Made by a program: the position numbers and the translations under genes. From Thermodesulfovibrionia bacterium (GTDB lineage Bacteria > Nitrospirota > Thermodesulfovibrionia > UBA6902), in NCBI GenBank assembly GCA_945788685.1, contig CALZMZ010000009.1, positions 1 through 50,393 on the forward strand: a stretch of 50,393 bases of DNA, given 5' to 3'. Shown here piece by piece: positions 1 through 8,987 of the stretch; the stretch's first letter is position 1; each line of letters begins with the position of its first letter. The notes beneath the pieces were generated by a model. It searched no databases and was not told the origin of the DNA. It saw only the letters and a program-made list of their open reading frames with translations.

Positions 1-387
1 AGGACCTTTGGCAGCGATAAGTTCATACAGCATTCTTAATTTTCCGGGCCATGAAATAATGTTTGACTTGAGAAAGGCCGGCGGTGATTCAGGGAGGGCA
101 TTCAGGCTGTTATTCATAAATATAAATCTTTTCTTTGAATTCTCATTGCTTCTGACCGGATCTATACCAAGGCTGGAGCACAGCTCAAGTGTTTTTGGTT
201 TACTGTCAAGGAAACCATTCGGGCCTTTTTCACAAAGAAATCCATCTGATTTGTCTGTCCACACCTTGCCGCCCGCTCGGTTGTCAGATTCGATAACAGA
301 AATATCAAGGTCCTTATTTTTATTGAGCAGGACATAGGCCAGGGTAAGTCCTGAGAGCCCTCCGCCGATGATTGTTATTTTTTTCAT
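1..387 (-). CDS. hemY: Protoporphyrinogen/coproporphyrinogen oxidase HemY family, N-terminal part (runs off window start)
   Basis: Manually translated, not in the ORF track: MKKITIIGGGLSGLTLAY...ESDNRAGGKVWT...GFLCEKGPNGFL. It shows the FAD-binding GxGxxG, the GG motif and ExGPN, and lies in a heme cluster. Confidence 0.9.
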   Translation of the reverse strand, partial: MKKITIIGGGLSGLTLAYVLLNKNKDLDISVIESDNRAGGKVWTDKSDGFLCEKGPNGFLDSKPKTLELCSSLGIDPVRSNENSKKRFIFMNNSLNALPESPPAFLKSNIISWPGKLRMLYELIAAKGP

Positions 388-570
388 ATTAATATGACGC
401 TTTCCTTATTACATAACTAACTATGGTCTCATAAATAATATCATATTAATCAATAAAACAATGATCGGCAGACAAGCGCCCTTAGCCTGGCCGGGACATA
501 TCCCGGGGAATCAGTCGAAAGTCCGAAATAATCCAATCAATGAAATACGTATGCCAGAAATTGTCTTCAA

Positions 571-598
571 TAAAGGATGGGGTTTTAAATACCGATAT
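571..598 (+). promoter_or_regulatory. Sigma28 (FliA)-like promoter
   Basis: TAAA-N16-ACCGATAT upstream of a flagellar-cap-like gene, followed by a GGAGG RBS. Confidence 0.55.
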
Positions 599-634
599 GA
601 TAATTAGGGACTAATAAATGACTACGGAGGAATT

Positions 635-1660
635 GTGCAGGTAAGTAGCTCCAGTGAATCCGCATCTGCCGGATTAAATATAAGTTTTGGCACTGCATCA
701 CAGCGTATACAGGCCAGGGAAACGGAAGAACAGCTTCGTTCAAATCTTGACTATATATATCAGGAGATTGTAAAAATTCGCAGTGCTTTTGAGCAGATTA
801 ATAATCCGCTGGATCTTGATTCAACAAAGATCAACAATATGAAGGTTGCATCTGCCGGTTCAAGTGCTGATCTGGGTCTGACCAGGGGTACTACAGACGA
901 CGCGGACAAGACACTTTCCTCTATAGCCCAATTCTCTTCCATGTCAAGCGGCACCGTAACTATTAACAATGTTGATATTTCCATTGATGTTACTGTTGAT
1001 TCTCTTAATGACGTAATTGCACGGATAAATGCTTCAGCAGCAGGAGTTACATCCAGTCTGTTTAATGTTGATCAGCGGTTTATGATAAATGCAAACAGTG
1101 CCGGCCAGTCTCTGACACTTAATAGTGGATCAACAGGATTTTTTCCAGCGCTTAACATGGATGACGGTGCAAGCGGATCATCGTTCGGTGCAAAAGAATC
1201 TCTGGAAAAGACTGTAATGCCGCAAGCAAGGGCTGCAAGAATAGCCGAAGCAATTGAGGATTTTGCAGTTGCATTTAATAAGCTTTTTGATGAAAACAAA
1301 CTGAAGGCTGAGAACGACAGTCCTTTTGAAGATTTTCTCGAAACTTTGAGAGATGACCTGAAAACCGCAGTGCAGGAAGGCTTTGGATCAACCATGACAG
1401 ACGTGGACAGCGGTTACGGGCTTGCGTTTGACTTCGGGAGCACTGCCAACCGGGTCTTTGATTTTACACTGCTAGATAAAATGGATTTAGTGAAAAAACT
1501 GTCAAAAGAAGGCAGCGAAGTAAATGAACTGTTTTTTGGACTGGCAAGGAAAGACGATGATGGACTGATCGAAAAAATATTGAAGTCTCTGGAAACTCAT
1601 GAGGATTTTCTGAAGGGCATCAAAGGCACAACAGGTATTTTTGTTGATACGTCAGCTTAG
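635..1660 (+). CDS. Flagellin hook IN-motif / FliD-like protein, stand-alone
   Basis: GTVTINNVDISID..DSLNDVIARINASAAGVTSS is the flagellin IN motif. The C-terminal half resembles the FliD C-domain (IEDFAVAFNKL, VNELFFG). Confidence 0.65.
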   Translation: MQVSSSSESASAGLNISFGTASQRIQARETEEQLRSNLDYIYQEIVKIRSAFEQINNPLDLDSTKINNMKVASAGSSADLGLTRGTTDDADKTLSSIAQFSSMSSGTVTINNVDISIDVTVDSLNDVIARINASAAGVTSSLFNVDQRFMINANSAGQSLTLNSGSTGFFPALNMDDGASGSSFGAKESLEKTVMPQARAARIAEAIEDFAVAFNKLFDENKLKAENDSPFEDFLETLRDDLKTAVQEGFGSTMTDVDSGYGLAFDFGSTANRVFDFTLLDKMDLVKKLSKEGSEVNELFFGLARKDDDGLIEKILKSLETHEDFLKGIKGTTGIFVDTSA

Positions 1661-1666
1661 ACAGAA

Positions 1667-1701
1667 AATTACAAATTTCGAATTACCAATATCAAATTAA
1701 A
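1667..1701 (+). repeat. Degenerate heptamer tandem array
   Basis: AATTACA AATTTCG AATTACC AATATCA AATTAAA directly after the stop codon. Confidence 0.6.
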
Positions 1702-1711
1702 AAAAAACGGC

Positions 1712-2755
1712 TCACCTGGCACCCTGAAATCCCTTATCCCCTGGATCATGTTCTTTCATATTATCCAGAACGAGTTGTTCCATTGCATGAATAAACGTCT
1801 CTGATGTGTTCAGAGCTTTGCACCTGCGAAGTTTTATGCCATATTTATCAGCAAGTTCCTTATACAGAATGTCTATTTCATACAGTGTTTCTATATGGTC
1901 AGAGACAAAACTGATCGGAACCACGAAAAGATTTCTGCATTCTGATTCAGCAAGTTTTTCTATTGCCTCTTCTGTTGAAGGTTCCAGCCATTTTACCGGG
2001 CCTGTCTTGCTCTGGAAGGAAAGCTGATATTGCAGGCCGGCATAATTATAGGGTTTGCTGCCAAGCCGCTTTATTACCATCTCAATTGTTGATTTTATAT
2101 GGTCAAGGTAAGGATCTCCTTCATCAATAAATGACTGCGGCAGGCTGTGAGCGCTGAAGAGTAGATGAAAATCTTCTCCTTTGTATTCGGATATCCCTTC
2201 TGCCATAAGCCCGGCAAGTGCATCAATATATAACGGGAAGTCATACCACTCGTTTATGTACATAACATCAAGATCACTATTCTTAATATATGTATTCAAA
2301 TCAGAAACAGATGAGCCGGTCGTGGCTTTTGAGTAATGGGGATAGAGGGTAAGAACAATGAGGCGGTCAACATTATCTTCAAGAATCTGAGCAACTGTGG
2401 TTTCAGTAAATGGACGCCAGTAACGCATGCCGATATACACTTTAAAACGTGTTCCGGGTTCCGTGATCCGTGTTTCATCTTCTCTGTTCAATGCTTTCTC
2501 GAGAGCCTCAGCCTGGGCAGTTGTTAAGTCAAGTATTGGCGACTTGTTCCCTATCTGCCTGTACATGGCTATTGTTTTTTTTGAACGGAACGTAGAGATA
2601 AGCCACGCTATGGGTTTCTGGAGAAAAGACGGACCCAGTCTTATTATCTCCCTGTCAGAGAAGAGATTGTACAGGAAAGGCCTGACAGCTTCGAGAGAAT
2701 CCGGACCCCCAAGGTTAAGAAGCAGTACACCTGTTTTATTGTCAATAATATTCAC
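1712..2755 (-). CDS. hemH: Ferrochelatase
   Basis: Motifs LLLNLGGP, MRYW.P, LYPHYS.ATTGSS, FSAHSLP, FQSK.GP..WL.P, FVSDHIETLYEID. Confidence 0.97.
   Translation of the reverse strand: MNIIDNKTGVLLLNLGGPDSLEAVRPFLYNLFSDREIIRLGPSFLQKPIAWLISTFRSKKTIAMYRQIGNKSPILDLTTAQAEALEKALNREDETRITEPGTRFKVYIGMRYWRPFTETTVAQILEDNVDRLIVLTLYPHYSKATTGSSVSDLNTYIKNSDLDVMYINEWYDFPLYIDALAGLMAEGISEYKGEDFHLLFSAHSLPQSFIDEGDPYLDHIKSTIEMVIKRLGSKPYNYAGLQYQLSFQSKTGPVKWLEPSTEEAIEKLAESECRNLFVVPISFVSDHIETLYEIDILYKELADKYGIKLRRCKALNTSETFIHAMEQLVLDNMKEHDPGDKGFQGAR
2448..2474 (-). repeat. Heptamer array in-frame inside hemH
   Basis: Minus strand AACACGG ATCACGG AACCCGG AACACG encodes TRITEPGTR just before FKVYIGMRY. Confidence 0.6.
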
Positions 2756-2783
2756 TGGTAATCTACAGTATTAATTCAATGGG

Positions 2784-2812
2784 ATTCTAAGTAATTTAAT
2801 AAAAAAATGCAA
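2784..2812 (-). promoter_or_regulatory. Sigma70-like promoter for hemH
   Basis: TTGCAT-N17-TAGAAT on the minus strand. Confidence 0.5.
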
Positions 2813-2832
2813 ATGAAGTTGTCCGGTTACAT

Positions 2833-4116
2833 CTATTGGACAGGCTGTCGATTTGACTGATGCTGGACAGCAGTTTCACTTCCATTGCCCAGGATATTTA
2901 AAAAAACATCAGTAACATCTTTGTCAAAATGTCTGCCAGCATATTTCCTCAGTTCTGTTATGGCATAATCTTTACCCAGTGAAAAGCGGTATGGCCTGTT
3001 GGAAATCATTGCATCATATGAATCAGCAACACATAATATCCTTGCCAGAAGGGGGATGTTATCTCCTTTAATACCATCTGGATAGCCTGAACCATCAATC
3101 TTTTCGTGGTGCGACCTCACGATGGGAAGTATATTTCTTAATCCATTTATAGGTCTTAAAATATCTTCACCCTTAACAGGATGCTGCCTGACAATCGTTG
3201 ATTCAAATCCTGAAAGCTGACTGGGCTTATCCAGTATCAAATCAAAAGTCCCGATTTTTCCTATGTCATGCAGGAGCCCTGCGGTTTTCAGGTTCTTGAT
3301 ATCCCTGTCAGGCAATCCCATTTCATCTGCTATTAAAACAGAGTACTCAGTGACTCTTTCTGAATGTCCAAGTGTCCAGGGGCTCTTTGCATCAATTGCT
3401 ATTGAAAACGCGGTGATGAGATCATTGTATAGCAATTTAAGCTCTTTATTGTTTGTGTTCAGGTCTTTAAGCATATTAAGAAAAGCATCCTTGCTCTGAA
3501 CAAGTTTTTGTTCTTTTTCCTTGATATTTGTAATATCGATAAGAGGATGAGAATAGGCAATAATAGAGCCACTTTCATCAGTTATCGGGGATATGGATGC
3601 CAAAAAATGTTTCTTGTGTTCCCTGTCATAATATTCAAAGGATTTTGCATCTCCGGATTTCCAGGACCCGCTAATGGGACATCTGTCCAATGTGCCTTCT
3701 AATCTATGTATTACTTCATAGCATTTTTTTGATTTAAGTTCTTTCAATGGGACATCAGCCAGTTCAGAGATATACCTGTTCGCTCGTATAATGTTGAATT
3801 CCTTATCAATCAGCATTACGCCATATGGCATGGAATCAAGTGTTACTTTCCATTCCTGTAACATTTGAAACAGCTTCTGCTCGGACGTGTGGGATTTGAT
3901 CAGCAGTTTTTTCCTGTCGTTTATAAGATATCCGGCCACGAGCGAACCTGCAGGAGCGATTAAAATGAGAATATGAAAGACCAGAAAAAAGGGACGACCA
4001 GGATCAAGCAGGTGGCTGAGCACAGCATTACCATGCGAACCGTACATGTATATTAAATACGTCAATGAAAGTACACACCCAAATACTGATACGTTAATGG
4101 CCAATATTGATTTCAT
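2833..4116 (-). CDS. Membrane PAS / HD-GYP cyclic-dinucleotide phosphodiesterase
   Basis: Two N-terminal TM segments, a PAS domain, GHSERV, LLHDIGK and HHEKIDGSGYPDG. Confidence 0.9.
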   Translation of the reverse strand: MKSILAINVSVFGCVLSLTYLIYMYGSHGNAVLSHLLDPGRPFFLVFHILILIAPAGSLVAGYLINDRKKLLIKSHTSEQKLFQMLQEWKVTLDSMPYGVMLIDKEFNIIRANRYISELADVPLKELKSKKCYEVIHRLEGTLDRCPISGSWKSGDAKSFEYYDREHKKHFLASISPITDESGSIIAYSHPLIDITNIKEKEQKLVQSKDAFLNMLKDLNTNNKELKLLYNDLITAFSIAIDAKSPWTLGHSERVTEYSVLIADEMGLPDRDIKNLKTAGLLHDIGKIGTFDLILDKPSQLSGFESTIVRQHPVKGEDILRPINGLRNILPIVRSHHEKIDGSGYPDGIKGDNIPLLARILCVADSYDAMISNRPYRFSLGKDYAITELRKYAGRHFDKDVTDVFLNILGNGSETAVQHQSNRQPVQ

Positions 4117-4119
4117 ATC

Positions 4120-5022
4120 TTACCTGTTCAGCTTATCTTCTAAAAGCGCTATATCATGTTTCAGTTCAACCATCTTTAATTCGCGTTCAACCGCCATATC
4201 ATAAAACTCCTCAAGTTCATGTATCCTTTTTTTCAATTCTTCCTCAAGGTTGTATTTCTCCGTGATATCACTGACGACCTCTATTACCCGGGTTACATTT
4301 CCAGAGCTGTCTTTCAGAGGAAATGATTTTGTTTCAACATAGACAGGATCCGGTCCATGTTCCCCATATTTGTGAACAGCTATCCCGGGTTTACCTGTTG
4401 AGAAGGAACGCCTGACTGCACAATCTTCCCCAGCTAAATAACACGGCTTCTTAAGGTTATGAGAAAGAGAATAACAATGTTTCCCAATAACTTCATTGAT
4501 AGTTTTCCCGACCTGTTTCAGATACCCTTTATTTGCAGAAAGAATTTCAAAATTACTGTTCAGAACCACAACCCCGTCACCGATGCCTTCCAGAACAGAA
4601 GAGAGGAAAGCCTGATGGTCAAGGATAGTTTTTTCCGCTTCCTGCCTGCCAGAAATATCTCTGATTATCTCTATCACCTGATGCACTTCTCCGTTACTGT
4701 TTTTTAAAGGTGAGGCTGTTATCTCATATGTTTTCTGAATCCCGTCAGATAACACGTATGAATGAGAAACTGTTTTTGTTTGTTCTGATCGTTTCACTTC
4801 ATCATAGAGACAGGGATAAGATGCATCTTTTTTTTGACAGGGGAAAGACATATCTGATGAAACCTGATAACATTTTTTGCCTATAACATCATCGATTTGT
4901 CGATTAAAGAAAGCACTTGATGCTTCATTTGCAAATAATATCGTATGATGTATATCCAGGACTACAATACAATCGCTTGTTTTATCACTAATAATGCTGA
5001 AATTTAGCTGACGCATAGCCAT
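4120..5022 (-). CDS. Tandem PAS domain protein without output domain
   Basis: Two Cys-rich PAS domains (GKKCY, GKHCY..H...PC). It ends in the coiled coil ELEEFYDMAVERELKMVELK. Confidence 0.85.
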   Translation of the reverse strand: MAMRQLNFSIISDKTSDCIVVLDIHHTILFANEASSAFFNRQIDDVIGKKCYQVSSDMSFPCQKKDASYPCLYDEVKRSEQTKTVSHSYVLSDGIQKTYEITASPLKNSNGEVHQVIEIIRDISGRQEAEKTILDHQAFLSSVLEGIGDGVVVLNSNFEILSANKGYLKQVGKTINEVIGKHCYSLSHNLKKPCYLAGEDCAVRRSFSTGKPGIAVHKYGEHGPDPVYVETKSFPLKDSSGNVTRVIEVVSDITEKYNLEEELKKRIHELEEFYDMAVERELKMVELKHDIALLEDKLNR

Positions 5023-5176
5023 CTTATATCCATCCTGATTATATAAAACAGAGTCATAGTGATAGCAAGTACAAGTGCTTATCAGGCATTACCTTATAAA
5101 GTAAGATGATGTTTCATACAGATTCCAGCTCAAATGCTTACTTCACTAATGGAGGTAAAACCCCCGCTGAAATAAA

Positions 5177-5193
5177 AGCAAACAAGGTGCCAG
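5177..5193 (-). promoter_or_regulatory. Sigma54 (-24/-12) promoter for the PAS/HD-GYP operon
   Basis: Minus strand CTGGCACCTTGTTTGCT is a perfect TGGCAC-N5-TTGCW. Confidence 0.8.
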
Positions 5194-5235
5194 AAATATA
5201 ATGTATATTAATCAGGAAGATAGAATGGATGGTCT

Positions 5236-5266
5236 ATGTCAAATTGTCTGTAAATGTCAAAATGAC
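5236..5266. promoter_or_regulatory. Putative tandem enhancer (bEBP) sites
   Basis: ATGTCAAATTGTC and ATGTCAAAATGAC, 18 bp apart, upstream of the sigma54 promoter. Confidence 0.45.
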
Positions 5267-5301
5267 GTCACTTTACGAATTTACTGTAAAATCCGGTGTC
5301 T

Positions 5302-6351
5302 TTATTTTTTGCTTAGTCTATGGACCATTTCAACCAGGGCTATCACATTGTCCCTTGGAGTTTGCGGAACAACACCATGACCGAGATTGAAAATATGGCC
5401 TTCAGCTGATATGGCCCTTTTCAGGACATCTTGAACTCTCTCTTCTATTTTATCTTGTGGTAAAAACATGGCAAGAGGATCGAGATTGCCCTGCACAACA
5501 GCATTATCACCAAGCCTTGATATGGCGTCATCAAGATTTATACGCCAGTCAACACCATGCACATCAGCACCTGAAGTTTTAATCTCTTCGAGAAGACCTG
5601 CTGTTTCACCGACAAAATAAATAATCGGAACCTCTTTGATATTGCCTGAAGACATTGCGCCCTTCAGGTCTTTTATGATTCTCTGAACATATTTTAAAGC
5701 ATGTTCCCTGAAATCTTCAGGACTGAAAATACCGCCCCATGTATCAAAAATCTGGACTGCCTGGACGCCAGCACTGATTTGTGCTTTGAGATAATCTGTT
5801 ATGGTTGCTGTTACTTTATCCATGAACGCACTGTAAAGATGCGGGGCCTCAAATATCATTCTTTTCGTATTGAGAAAATTTTTAGATGTGCCTCCTTCAA
5901 TCATATACGTCGCAGTAGTAAGAGGGGCGCCTGCAAATCCTATCAGGGGCACACGGTCAGCAAGTTCTTTTCTCAGCATGCGGATCGCATCCATAACAAA
6001 CTTCATAGTGTCTTCAGGATCAGGCACAAATAATGTATTAACAGTTTCCTCGTCCCGGATTTCCGGAAACAGTATCGGTCCTTTTCCTTCATGAAATTCG
6101 AGACCCTGTCCCATCGCTTCACACGGGATAAGAATATCGCAGAAAAGAATTGCTGCGTCAACGTTCAGTATATCAATGGGCTGTAACGTGACCTCGGTAG
6201 TAAGTTCCGGTGTTTTGCACATGGTCAGAAAATCAGCCTTGCCCCTTATCGCCCTGTACTCTTCAAGATATCTCCCGGCCTGGCGCATAATCCATATCGG
6301 TGTGTAAGGGACTTCTTCACCTCTGCATGCTTTTAAGAATGTATCGTTCAT
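5302..6351 (-). CDS. hemE: Uroporphyrinogen decarboxylase
   Basis: PIWIMRQAGRYL, QGNLDP, HIFNLGHG. Confidence 0.97.
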   Translation of the reverse strand: MNDTFLKACRGEEVPYTPIWIMRQAGRYLEEYRAIRGKADFLTMCKTPELTTEVTLQPIDILNVDAAILFCDILIPCEAMGQGLEFHEGKGPILFPEIRDEETVNTLFVPDPEDTMKFVMDAIRMLRKELADRVPLIGFAGAPLTTATYMIEGGTSKNFLNTKRMIFEAPHLYSAFMDKVTATITDYLKAQISAGVQAVQIFDTWGGIFSPEDFREHALKYVQRIIKDLKGAMSSGNIKEVPIIYFVGETAGLLEEIKTSGADVHGVDWRINLDDAISRLGDNAVVQGNLDPLAMFLPQDKIEERVQDVLKRAISAEGHIFNLGHGVVPQTPRDNVIALVEMVHRLSKK

Positions 6352-6365
6352 TATTCCTCCGTAAT

Positions 6366-6552
6366 AAGTTGAAAGTAGGAAGTTAAAAGTTAAAAGTACA
6401 ATAATGATTAATATTTATTTATCATTTGAAACTATATTTAAAGCAAAGTTGTAAAACCTTTCATTTAAGTCAGTATTCATGTCCCCTGCTTACTTACTTT
6501 CTTGCTGGCTCTTGTTTTTTACTTCTTCGTTCCAGGTTCCAACTTCTCACTT
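6366..6552. repeat. Inverted pair of heptamer arrays (AAGTNRR), right arm inside the radical SAM 3' end
   Basis: Plus strand 6366-6400: AAGTTGA AAGTAGG AAGTTAA AAGTTAA AAGTACA. Minus strand 6552-6519: AAGTGAG AAGTTGG AACCTGG AACGAAG AAGTAA. Confidence 0.65.
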
Positions 6553-7616
6553 TTCCTTACTCTGTAAGGAACATATCCGCAAAATGGCTCTTCCTCAAGA
6601 TAATCGCCCGAAACGGAATAAGCCCTTGCCCTGCATCCGCCGCAGACATTTATAAATTCGCAAGATCCGCATTTATTTTTATATTTTTTGAAATCTCTCA
6701 AATCGTGAAACAGTTCCGAGTTTTCCCATATGTCCTTGAATGACTGTTCTCTTACATTTCCGGCGTACTTGGGAAAGTAACTACAGGGCAGCACGTTGCC
6801 GTCAACGTCTATTAAGGCTATGACCTGTCCGGCGATGCAGCCTTTTGAACCGCCTGTGGAAAATTTTAGTGTCCTCTGTTTAAATTTCGCTCCCTGTTCT
6901 TTCTGTTTCTGAAGCACAATGCGGTAATAATGCGGAGCACATGTAGGTCTTACCAGGAGTTCATCTTCCTCCTTTTCCATCTCGTAGTGCCAGTCCAGAA
7001 TCTCTTCATAGTCTTCTTTTGATATGAGTTCGTTCATGATATCTTCGCCTCTTCCTGTCGGAACGATCATGAACATGTACCAGGCAGTGGCCCCGAGTTC
7101 CTTTGCCAGCTTATAGACTCTGGGTATTTCTTCCTGGTTTCTTTTTGTAAAAGAGGAATTAATGAGAAATGGTATTTCATGTTTATTGAATAGTCGTGCT
7201 GCATTTTCAACTGCTGCAAAGGCGCCTTTTACTTTTCTGAAATCATCATGGACTTCTTCTGAAGAGCCGTCCAGACTGAGCGAAACCATCCTTACACTGG
7301 AGTCTTTCATCTTTTTACATATATCTTCAGTGACCAGCATTCCGTTAGTAGCGATACACATTCTCAGGCCTTTTTCAGTTCCGTACTTTGCAAAATCAAA
7401 TATATCTTTGCGCAATAGCGGTTCACCGCCTGAAAGTACTACCACCGGTTTTGCATAGCTGGCTATGTCATCAATAACCCTGAATCCTTCTTCAGTCGAG
7501 AAATCAGGATGGCCATCTATCTCCATTTCAGAAGAGGAACGGCAGTGCACACAGTTAAGGTTACACCTTCTTGTGATTTCCCATGCAATCCATTTTGGTT
7601 CAAACTTATCAATCAT
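6519..7616 (-). CDS. Radical SAM/SPASM enzyme, AhbD/NirJ-like (putative heme b synthase)
   Basis: [31 protein letters not shown] motifs [23 protein letters not shown]. Directly upstream of hemE. Confidence 0.8.
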   Translation of the reverse strand: MIDKFEPKWIAWEITRRCNLNCVHCRSSSEMEIDGHPDFSTEEGFRVIDDIASYAKPVVVLSGGEPLLRKDIFDFAKYGTEKGLRMCIATNGMLVTEDICKKMKDSSVRMVSLSLDGSSEEVHDDFRKVKGAFAAVENAARLFNKHEIPFLINSSFTKRNQEEIPRVYKLAKELGATAWYMFMIVPTGRGEDIMNELISKEDYEEILDWHYEMEKEEDELLVRPTCAPHYYRIVLQKQKEQGAKFKQRTLKFSTGGSKGCIAGQVIALIDVDGNVLPCSYFPKYAGNVREQSFKDIWENSELFHDLRDFKKYKNKCGSCEFINVCGGCRARAYSVSGDYLEEEPFCGYVPYRVRKSEKLEPGTKK

Positions 7617-7697
7617 ATTTAACCTTTTTCCTGTAAATATTTACGTAAAATGGCGTTCAAGTATTTATTTTACCTATTTTTACTTACTTATGCCATT

Positions 7698-8840
7698 TCA
7701 GAGAAATTTCACAAAAACCTCGTTAGAAAGCAGTAATCCCCTGTCTGTAAGTCGGAGAATTTTTTCATTTAAACTGTCAGAGCCTGTGATTTCGATCAGT
7801 CCTTCTTTCTTCATGTCCTGGATAGCTTCTTCATACACGCTCAACATATTTTTACCAAATGCTTTTGATAACATATCAAAGCTGATACCACTGGTTTTTC
7901 TCAGCCCCAGAAACAGGGCCTCTGACAGGGCCATATCTTTTGTGATTTTTTCGATAGCATCAACAGGTGACAGATTGTCCTGTAGTAACCTGATATACCG
8001 GTCAAGCTCTTTTATATTAAAATGCCTTCTGCTGTCTATAAATGAATGTGCTCCGAGGCCGGCTCCATAGTAGTTGCCTCTTTCCCAGTAGTTAAGGTTG
8101 TGCCTGCATTCAAATCCGGGTAAGGCAAAGTTGGATATTTCATAATGAGGAAACCCTTTTGACTTCAGAAAGTCAATTGCATATTCATACATCTCCACAA
8201 TCCGGTCTTCTTCAGGGAGGTTAATGATCCTGTTATCTTCGAACATGTTATAAAGCACAGTCCCTTTTTCATAGGTAAGCTCATACGTAGATATGTGAGC
8301 AGGTTCCAGGCTGACCGCTTTATCAAGGGTCTCCTGCCAGATGTCCAGGGTCTGTCCCGGAATCCCATAGATGAGATCAATACTGATATTTCGAAAGCCC
8401 GCTTCTATGGCCATATTGACAGCCTGCACAGCTTCTTTACTGCTATGAATTCTGCCCAGAAATTCCAGCAGATCATTATTAAAAGACTGAACACCAATGC
8501 TTATTCTGTTTATCCCTGATGATAAGAGAGACTCAAGCTTTTCCCTGTTGAGTGTTCCAGGATTTGCCTCAACGGTAGCTTCATAATTGCTATTAATATC
8601 AAAGTGTTTAAAGGTAATTGTTAATAAACTGCATAATGTTTCTGTGTCAAGTGAAGTAGGCGTGCCTCCTCCGATATATAGAGTTTCAAGTGGATCCTTA
8701 TTTTGATATGTAGTGATCTCTTTCTTAAGAGCGTTAACATATTCTTTCGCCCTTTCAGGTTCGTATATTCCTGATACAAAGTCACAGTAAATGCATCTTT
8801 TCTGACAAAAAGGTATATGTACATAGAGAGATGTTGCCAT
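7698..8840 (-). CDS. hemW: Radical SAM heme chaperone HemW
   Basis: LYVHIPFCQKRCIYCDF, GGGTP and the HemW-type HNLNYW motif. Confidence 0.9.
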   Translation of the reverse strand: MATSLYVHIPFCQKRCIYCDFVSGIYEPERAKEYVNALKKEITTYQNKDPLETLYIGGGTPTSLDTETLCSLLTITFKHFDINSNYEATVEANPGTLNREKLESLLSSGINRISIGVQSFNNDLLEFLGRIHSSKEAVQAVNMAIEAGFRNISIDLIYGIPGQTLDIWQETLDKAVSLEPAHISTYELTYEKGTVLYNMFEDNRIINLPEEDRIVEMYEYAIDFLKSKGFPHYEISNFALPGFECRHNLNYWERGNYYGAGLGAHSFIDSRRHFNIKELDRYIRLLQDNLSPVDAIEKITKDMALSEALFLGLRKTSGISFDMLSKAFGKNMLSVYEEAIQDMKKEGLIEITGSDSLNEKILRLTDRGLLLSNEVFVKFL

Positions 8841-8859
8841 AAATAATTGTAGCAGAGAT

Positions 8860-8888
8860 TACATATCGAGGTTGAACCTCGATATGTA
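8860..8888. repeat. Perfect 29-bp palindrome (REP-like or operator)
   Basis: TACATATCGAGGTT-G-AACCTCGATATGTA, 14-bp arms, between divergent hemW and the efflux operon. Confidence 0.8.
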
Positions 8889-8987
8889 CAATATTCTTTT
8901 TGACCAGTTCAGTCGATATGGAAAACCTTTTAGACCCCCTTTTCAATATTCTTACTAAAGTAGTCAGGAATAAAGTAAAATTACTAT

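Noticed and set aside
8-337. 109-aa plus-strand ORF
   Set aside because: It is the antisense shadow of hemY, which has clear motifs on the minus strand.
540-558. Sigma54-like TGGCATACGTATTTCA on the minus strand toward hemY
   Set aside because: It lacks the conserved -12 GC (has TC), so it is too weak to call.
7698-8840. Annotation as HemN coproporphyrinogen dehydrogenase
   Set aside because: The short N-terminus and HNxxYW motif indicate HemW.
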